Origin: Octopus sinensis
Taxonomy: Eukaryota
Direction: 5' to 3'
DNA length: 64,000 nucleotides
Assembly (NCBI RefSeq): GCF_006345805.1
Contig: NC_042998.1
Location: 107,198,001 to 107,262,000, forward strand
A program made the position numbers and the translations under genes. Under the pieces are notes generated by a model. The model did not search any database. It was given only the letters and a program-made list of their open reading frames with translations, and was not told the DNA's origin. Shown piece by piece: positions 54,951-64,000 of the stretch (positions within the stretch are counted from its first letter, which is position 1; every line of letters starts with the position of its first letter).

Positions 54951-57544
54951 CTTGACCGGACTCCATCTTATAATACATATATATACATATATAAATTATA
55001 TATATATATACATAGAACATTCGGCTTACAATCGTAAGGTCGTGAGCCCAATTCTCAGGGACGCGTTATGTCATTGAGCAAGACACTTTATTTCACGTTG
55101 ATCCAGTCCACTCAGCTGGCAAAAATGAGTAGTAGCTGTATTTCAAAGAGCCTACTCTGTCACACTCTGTGTCACGCTGAATCTCCCTGAGAACTGCATT
55201 AAGAGTATAAGTGTCTGTGGAGTGCTCAACCACTTGCAAGTTAATTTCTCGTTGATCGTATCAGCTGGGACCCTCGTCGTCGTAACCGACGGAGTGTTCG
55301 GTAATATTATACATACACATGTATATATATAAACATATGTATATTCATATATATATATATATATACGTATATATATGTGTGTGTGTGTGTGTGTATACAC
55401 ATATATATATATATACGTGTATATGTATATATATATTATATTGATCGTTCATTCACGCAAGTGCAAATCTGTGTCTTTATCATATATATATATGATAAAG
55501 ACACAGATTTGCGCTTTGGTGAATGAACGATCAATAACAATCTTTGGTGGATTGATTGGGACGTAAATAATAGAGATGGTGAGAAGCGCAAAGCCTGCTG
55601 AAATAGATTAGCCTGGGTGGGTCTGCATGGAGACAGAGAGAGAGGGGTGTACAGTGGCTAAGTGTTTTCTGTGTCTATTAATGGATATACATTTACACAT
55701 TGATCTAAGATATCCTCAAAAATCGCAGCTTTTTGTAAACTTGCTCCGCCATTAAAAATCAGAAACAAATAGAATAAACGTTTACACCAAACCCCGGCAA
55801 TTAGACATATTTGTGTTAAATCTTCATTTTGAATCAATGGGGATAAAAGCTAAAATTTAAAATTATTACTGTTCTCGATTTTGCACCTTTTTCCTAGTTT
55901 CTTAGGATATCTGTACAGTCTTCGTTGCTCTATTTTGATTATTTTTCCTGTCTTATGCCTCCTTTAAGAAAATTACTATTTTAACCAATGAAATTATTTC
56001 TTATAAAGTTTGCATGTGCAAATACAATATTTTACCTTTAGTAGTAATGTCCAGAATAGACATTGCCCATCGCATTTTATTTGTTCAGTTGACAGAAATA
56101 GAGAGAACGCTATAAGAAATACAACAGACTTCGCAGAAAGAAGACAATAATGAAACAAAAATTATTAGCTTCACCTTTATGAACCCGTCAGTTTGGAGGC
56201 AGCAAAGAGGAAAAAATATCGACAATAAACGCGTGATGAACCGTTGTTATGGTAAAAGAAATTGCCCGTTAAACGAAGAATTCATAAATGCAACACATGA
56301 ATTCACATAAAACGAAAATAAACAACCTGTCCATCTGAGAGACCTGAAGAACAGCAAAAATATAATCAGTGTTAATATACGTTACGTAGATGACAGTCGA
56401 TGTAAATCATTTTTGTAAATCCGATATGTATTTCACTGTCAAGTCATGCTTGTGTTCCTAATCTATAGTATGTGTATGTGTGCACGCGAGTTTGCGAGTG
56501 TGTGTGTGTTTTTGTTTTGTTTTGTTTTTTCATGTATGCAAACATAGATACTCTCTAAAGTGCATGTAGTTGCTTATGTTTCAGTGGTTTTTATTAGCGA
56601 GTGTATTTTATTAATAAAGAGAAAGATTTCGTTGCCTTATGTTAATGATGTCAATAGAACATATCAAATAATTCAATAGATCTGAAACAAAAACAGGATG
56701 TATACAGAGAACATTTTTTGAATAACGTTGAATATATCAGAGAGGCAATTATGATTGTTAAAAAGGACAAAGAAACAAAGAAAGAGAAGGAAAGATTGCG
56801 TCATAGAAAATAAGGGGGATATAGTGTTGTGGAAGAGATATTAATAGATAACGTATGATATATGTGTCTATATGCGTGTGTACATATATGAACATAGATT
56901 TATATATGTGTGTATATTTGTTTGTATACATAAGTAATTTATTGAAAGAAATACAAGTTCGTACACAAATATAGATATAACATACATACATTCATACATA
57001 CACATAGACAGGCATACAGACAAACAGGCATACGTATATATGTATATTTATGAGTGTGTGTGTGTGTGCATGCGTGTGCGTGTGGAGAGACAAACAGACA
57101 CAGACAAACAGACAGATAGAGAAGTGAGAAAGAGTAGAGACACGGACAATAATATAATGATAAATATCTAAACAGGCAGACAGATGGCGATCTATCAGAC
57201 AGAGTGCGATAGTAACAAAGAACAGAAACAAAACGATCGGTTTCATTATTGATGTTTAGCGTTACTACAAAGCGAAACTGTGTAGGAAGGAAATATAGTC
57301 GTTACAATCCATCCCTAGCATATTGCTGGTATTTTTATTATCGATCTACGAAACATGAAGTCGAACCCAGGAAAATTTGGACGTAGAGAAATGTAATTAA
57401 GTACTACGAAGCATTTTGCCTGTATGAAGTTAAAAGTGAGTAGTATGATTAGTAATAGCTAGTATGTCTTACTAATAAATAGTAGGCCTAGCACAAACAC
57501 CGGCTCTAACACCTCTACCTATTTTTCGTGCTCACTTTGATCGG

Positions 57545-57745
57545 TAGACTCCTATCCGATCGTCCTGTTGCAGCATGTGCTGACGGAGCTCTTTGACTCC
57601 ACATTCAATCAATTCTGGTGTTTCCTAGGGTTTGGCTTTGTCCCTCATTCTAATTCTTTATATACCGAAGATCTACTTGCTGCCACCTCCAGTAACGCCC
57701 ACTTTTATGCAGATGGCATAACCCTGCGTTCTTCTCCAGCATTCT
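57545..57745 (+). mobile_element. Degenerate CR1/Jockey-like RT fragment
   Basis: LSDRPVAACADG...INSGVS*G.ALS...EDLLAATSSNAHFYADGITL; a degraded YADD motif. Confidence 0.6.
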
Positions 57746-60700
57746 CCCACATGCATCATCCACACACAATTTCTTTTCCCTAGAATTACTTCCATTCATT
57801 GTAAATTTTGTCCTGGCTCTTCGTTCCACTCTCTCCTTCTCTTCTTCTCTCCCTCTATCTCCCTCTCTTCCTCCTCTCTCTCTCTCTCTCTCTCCTTTTT
57901 CTTTCTCTCTCTCCCTCTCTCAGATGAGAAATCTCAAGCAATAATAGACTGAACATTAGTTGCATTAACTTAACTCGGCTACCCTAATCTTCAGGCGTAG
58001 ATAAGCCTAAAGAGGATGAATCTTTTCATTTTTAACCAACAAATAAAAAGAAACATACTGCTTCTGTTCTGAAACATACTTTGTACTGTTTTCATAATTC
58101 TTCCTTTCTTTCAGTCAGAGAATGAGTACAGTCCTTCAGTAAGGATCAATCAAACCGATCGCCTTCCATAAGTACATTTCCTCCCTTGATCTGCTTTCAC
58201 AGGCAACAGAAGTGTATACTTCCCTTATATCAAACATATTTGTCATTTTTTCTTAAAATTTACTCATATGTGGAGTTTCTCTCTCTCTCCCTTTCCCCCT
58301 TCTCTCTCTCTCTCTCTCTCATTCACTCACTCGCTCGGTCGCTCTCTGTCTTCTTGCCGTGTCAAACTATATTGTAAATATTTAGTAGGAGGAGAAAATC
58401 CTAACCTCAGCACTTTCAACTTCATCCATACTAATTCATTCACTATACTTATGAAAGGAAACTATTCTTGCTAAAAAAAAAATATTGGTTGTAAACATAC
58501 TTTTGTTTGACATTCAATAGCAGTTTCGGTGATCCGACATAGGACAAATATCACTTCTTGGGCACACTATTCTACTTGTAAGTTTGTTTAACTTACTCTA
58601 AAATACCTTTTGGTAACACTGACAGGGTTAAAGAATATTTTGTAACTGTTCATATTCTTAGGTCTTTAAGTTTTCCAGAAACTTATATAATGTATTATTA
58701 TTGCAGCCCAGAACATGGCTCAGGTAAATATATAAATAGATCAGAGGATTTTAATTTATTGCTTTATTGTTTTTATCTTTTTTTTATTTAAAACCCAATA
58801 ATATCATCAGCATCATTAGCAACAAAAACAGACACAACTTTGCGAATGCTCACAACACTCCAATAACTTCAGATTATGCTACAGAGATCATATTTGAATT
58901 AGAAACGGATCTTCGTTACATGCCATTGGAGTTAAGAGATCCGTATTAATAATTTACAGTCTCATTGATATATTGTCTGCACACAATACATCAATGGCAT
59001 CATTTCTTGAAAGCAAAATCAACAATTTAAATAACAATAACAACATAAATAACAATCGAGGACAACTCGAAGGCAATGGTCTTTCCTACCTCCGAATCAT
59101 GCCAGCTAGGAACATTCACATCCAATAAAAAGAACAATTCAATCATCAATACAGGAGATTGGAAATACTGAAACAATTATTGTAAAGTTCTAAAGTCTTT
59201 TGATTGGAATTCTGACAGTATTCTTTAGACGTGGGAACGGGGAGAATGAAAGAAAGATTAATGCTGGAATGTGAGTTGGATAATCTTTAATGCTGTCAAT
59301 GTTCAATGTTTCCATGGCAACGCAAGTCTTGACATGTTAGTTTGTAATCCATTTGGGAGCTTGTGCAGCAGCAACATCTACAGAATCCACAGTTGTATGA
59401 ATATCTATGATTCAGGTGAAAGTGCATGGCCTTGTGGCTATAGTGTTCGGCTCTTGATAGTAAGGTCATGAGTTCAAATTTAGGACCGAGTGGTGCGTTC
59501 TGTGCTTATAACAGAGTATTTCATGTCAAGTTACTTCCAGTCTACTCAGCTATAAATAAGTGATGATGTTGCCCTCTGTCCAAGGGTGATGATGTTGCCC
59601 TCTGTCTCTTCAGCTATCACATCTTCGATGTTCTACTGGGTCAAGGGAAGGGTAAGTGGGTGAGTGGGCTTCTGTGTCTGCTCCCAACTCCATGGGCACC
59701 TTAAACGATTTGCGAAAGCCGTGTACATGTTACCAAGCTACACTCTCGGGCTGATGTTGGTTGACTTTTCTATCCATAATGCGTAAAACAAGATAATTAC
59801 TCTGGATAACCATCAACATCATAAACAATGGCAAAAGCAGAAATAGCAGTTAAACATTCCTGAAATCACGCTCTTACTACGTTGCATAACAAAATACATT
59901 TGATAATGTAATTTTCTATATGTTCTTTTAATAAAAAACGAGATGGTCATGGTTGGACATTACTCATAACAGTGGCATAAAATTCTCATAAAGATATGTT
60001 TTTATTTTATAGACATTGCTGGTATATAACTTTACAGACTATAAATTGTAAAGAAAAACTAAGCTTCTAGTTGATTTAAAGCATTTTTTTTTTCATTTGA
60101 TAATGTTCACTTGTGAGGAAGAATTACAGCTGGCTGAAGCAATGTGTTAGTCGTACTATTCTATGGACTGTTGAAAAATAAAAGCCAAAAACTGTATTCT
60201 TAATACAAGAAACTAAGATGGTAAAGTAAATGACAAATAAAAATATGAGTAAAATAGTTGATTTGGCAATTGCATCAGTCAAGATTATGAAACTTGAAAT
60301 ATTCATTATATCTGCAGGCATCTTCTCTGAGATAAAAAAAAAGAAAATTTTTATATTACGTATCAAAATCGTTATGGATCATATCTCATAAGCTATTTCA
60401 AGATGTGTGTTTTATTAGATATTACTGCTTTGTTAAAAAGTTGGAGGACACTTTCTCAAGAACATAGGACAACATGCCTCGTGGTATTCAGTTCTAAATT
60501 CGAGTCTTGTTCGGCTCCACTTGGCAATTCAGTTCTTCCGAGGTCGAAAACGAGTAAATACCAGTCAAATATGTTCGTGGGGTGGGGGTCGAATCAAACG
60601 ACTATACTCTTAACGATACTCCAGCATGGACAGAGTCCAATGGATGAGACCAATAGAAGAAGAATGAGGAGGAGGAGGAGGAGGGGGAGGAGGAGGAGAA

Positions 60701-62257
60701 GAAGAAGAAGAAGAAGAAGAAGAAGAAGATTTATATCCATTATCCATGGAAACAAACTAACGTCTATGCTACAAGATTCTGGTAAAACCAAACTAGCTTA
60801 AATTCTAAGGAAGATATAAAAAACGAAAAGTCTTTTGTGCGCTGATTATCTCTTTGCTGACTAATTGGCTGGTTACATTGTTATATTGTTAAAATGTTGG
60901 TTAATTGGAAGGTAGGTTGTTAATTTCACTTATTACTCTAGTGGATATTTTGGTTAGAATTATACTATTACGGAGATTATGTTTGCGGTAGAGTACTATT
61001 CTTGATGCAAGAACAGTCTGAATATAAATCTATACGCTCAAATACCTACATACGAAAGTGTGTGTGTAATTGCATATATTTGTATTATATTATACATACA
61101 TACATACATAATCAACCAGTGTCATGTAAATATTCTCGATTAATTTCCGGCAACTGCCATAGCCTTATGGAAATTAATCTATAATATTAATGATGTTTAT
61201 GAATCATACTTAGTTGGATTTTCTTTCGATTCTACATATTTTTCTCCATTTATTTGTTTCTTTAATGCAAGTTTCATCACCGCATACCCAACCTCCACAA
61301 AATATGCAATTCTTGCTGTTTCACCTGTCAGTTGTTATAACATAATTAATCTTATCTGTCCTGCTCCTAAAATGCTGCTAGCCTGTTGACAACAAATATT
61401 ACACTGATATTGTTTCATCGTTGAGTTCTGCATAAATGTCTTTATTTTGGATTTCGGGATCAAATTAAATATTTGTTTTCATTGCTGTTATCGTTTTGCC
61501 TCAAGTCAACTCTGATTGAGCCGATCTATGATGAAAATCATTTCCGCCATGACCACCACCTCTTATTCAAATAGTGTATCCAAGATAACAACATCCAATG
61601 TGTCCTTCCTTTTTTAAAAATGAAAAAGCAGATTAGGCTTCTCTTTCTACTAGGCTGAGCCACTAAGTAGTGGCCTCTTTTGTTACCTCGGCATCGATGT
61701 TGCTATTTTCACTTATACAAAAAAAGAATTAGATCTTAAAATGTATCAGAGAACAACTTATGACTATACTTTTGAAGTTTTGAAGAGTTTATATTATTTC
61801 TTTCAATATGTTTGAGGATAATAAGTATATACTTACTGATTAAGTTATTTAATTTTTTTTAAATACTAGTTTTCTGTGCTTGCTCATGTACAGTATTGAA
61901 CATCTACTTGGTAAGTGCAGTAAAGCTTATACTTGCTACAAAAGTCTAATATGACCAGGAATTGCCCGAATATTTCTCCTGCACCTGCCTAAATGATGAA
62001 AATGTATTTACATTTAGCTGATGTTGCCTTTTCTTCACCATAATGGTATTTCAAATTAGATTTTTGCGATGCTCACTGCATTATGTACGCTACACTAACC
62101 TAATGAGTATATGACCTGAAAAAGAGATCAGTTTTATATCTATATAATGATATCCGGAACAGTGTGACACACATTGTTATAGCTTAGTCACAGAGGGAAA
62201 GTAGTATTCTTTTCCTTTCCAAAGTCTCTGAAACTGGTGCACGCAAAAGAGAGACTT

Positions 62258-62466
62258 ATTAATAGTTATCGCCATACTAATATGGTAGTCTATAAATATA
62301 AGACTAAAGCTGTCGCTGATTAGCTCCAAGAGGCAATCGCCTCTAGCTAGCTATTTGACACACGAACCTGCGTCCATTACAAACCTTCGAACAGGGGAGC
62401 TAATCAGCGACAGCTTTAGTCTTATATTTATAGACTACCATATTTAGTATGGCGATAACTATTAAT
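62258..62466. repeat. Near-perfect foldback with 70-bp arms and a 68-bp spacer
   Basis: 62258-62327 pairs with 62396-62466 with a single 1-nt indel. Confidence 0.9.
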
Positions 62467-62517
62467 ATCCAGTAACGCTGCCGTAATCTCCTTTAGAGAG
62501 ACTTAGTAATTTTAATA

Positions 62518-62571
<54 letters not shown>

Positions 62572-63729
62572 ACACTCTATCCTAGAAATTACTATAAACT
62601 GTATGCTTTGCGGCACTTCGCCTGTCTGCAACTTCTGAGTTCAAATTCCGCCGTGGTCGATTTTGCCTTTCATCCTTTCGTGGTCGATAAAATTAGTACC
62701 AGTTGTATACTGAGGTCAATGTAAGTGACACATCCTCTCCTCCAAAATGGTTGCCCTTGTGGAAAAATTTGAAACCATTATTATTATGTGATTAAGACTC
62801 ATAGCTTAATTTGCTGAGTATGATAGGAAGTTTCAGCTCTCCACAGACCGCTGACACTTGTTTACAGGTCATGCTTCAAGAACCCTACGAAGGTTCACAA
62901 TGTCACTTGTTACTCATTCTGTGTTATTATTTACTTGTTCACTATTATAATTCCACCATTAGTACAATAATCCTTACCTTATTATTTACTTGTTTACTAC
63001 TATAGTTTCACAATTATTACTATAATTATATTATGACAATAAGATCTAGAGGTCTTAATATTGTCTCCCCTGATTTCTTTAGACAACAAATGATGGCAGA
63101 TTTACGGCTGTTGGTTTAGCTAATGTTGCTGCGGCGCTAAATAAGAGATCAGGCTTGTTGTGTCTACTAATACAGGCTGTTTGATTGGACTGATAGTTGA
63201 CAGGCCTGGCGGTGGTTATCATTATGGGAGGCAATTTTTAAGAGGAGCGACGACAAGTTGGACATAGCATAGCTAAGAGATAGAAATCTATGAAAAACAT
63301 CTCAAAGTTTTAACAAAACTATAGTAATCTATCTATAAAACACATCATATTTACGATAAAGGAATCTATCGATGGAACATCACATCGTAGTTAAAATATA
63401 AGAATCTATAAATATCTCAAAGTTTTAGCAAACATGTAGACAATTCTCTAAAAACCATCTCAAATCTTTGAATCACACACAGTAATATTTCATAGTTTGA
63501 AGGAATAGAAAAGATTTAAACATTTTTCGTGAGCCGTTAAATGGCCAACCTATCATCGTGGCTGAATACCGAGTAGGAGAGGGGGAAAGAGAGAGAGAGG
63601 GCGAAGAGGAAGCAGGTAAGCTCGCTGAAATTTCAGCATAAGTACAAAATATACATTCAACAGATTAGATTGTTGGAAAAGAAAGAAATCTTAACATCGG
63701 GCTACAAGTAACCTTAGATGCCAAGAACC

Positions 63730-64000
63730 TTCCTAAGTATTCTAGCTGTCCCTAATAACACTGTTTTCTAGAGCTGTACTAAACTGTCTCTGTGTCCTCT
63801 ATCCATCTGTTCAGATCTTTAGAGATAGTTCCTAAAACACCTATAACTACTGGTATACATTTTACCCGCACTTTCCGTAGTCTCTGTAATTCAATAGCTA
63901 TGTCCTGGTACTTTGCTATTTTTCTCAATACTTCACATATTAATTTTTTCATCATTTGTGACTATGAAGTCAAATATCTGGCACTTTCTGTTCTCTTTAT
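63730..64000 (-). mobile_element. Degenerate RLE-type retrotransposon 3' fragment running off the window
   Basis: KIAKYQDIAIELQRLRKVRVKCIPVVIGVLGTI. Confidence 0.7.

Noticed and set aside
59570-59607. 21-bp direct repeat GTGATGATGTTGCCCTCTGTC as a CRISPR-like array
   Set aside because: Only two copies 5 bp apart in a eukaryotic context; a local slippage duplication.

Overview
AT-rich, microsatellite-saturated eukaryotic DNA. The SINE families and repeat landscape suggest an octopus (coleoid cephalopod); this is inferred from repeat recognition, not a database hit. No host protein-coding gene could be identified, and most of the ORF track is translated microsatellite. The recognisable content is mobile DNA: a head-to-tail stack of Dong/R4-type (RT plus restriction-like endonuclease) retrotransposons at (TAA)n tracts (8.5-13.8 kb) and further fragments; RTE and CR1-like LINE pieces; three mariner remnants; several tRNA-derived SINE families; a possible non-autonomous Helitron-like element; and Penelope-like element (PLE) RT and GIY-YIG fragments. 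The most notable signal is eight small hammerhead-ribozyme-shaped motifs in PLE terminal modules. One has a fully canonical core (33645-33687). The rest carry non-canonical cores, two of which recur in separate copies, and nearly all have a palindromic stem III; two sit inside foldback structures. Also seen: a 107-codon Thr/Ala/Pro-rich frame restored by removing two TSD-bounded insertions, a near-identical 1.47 kb tandem duplication, other foldbacks, tandem tRNA-like pseudogenes and a few unverified candidate exons. Boundaries of degenerate repeats are approximate.
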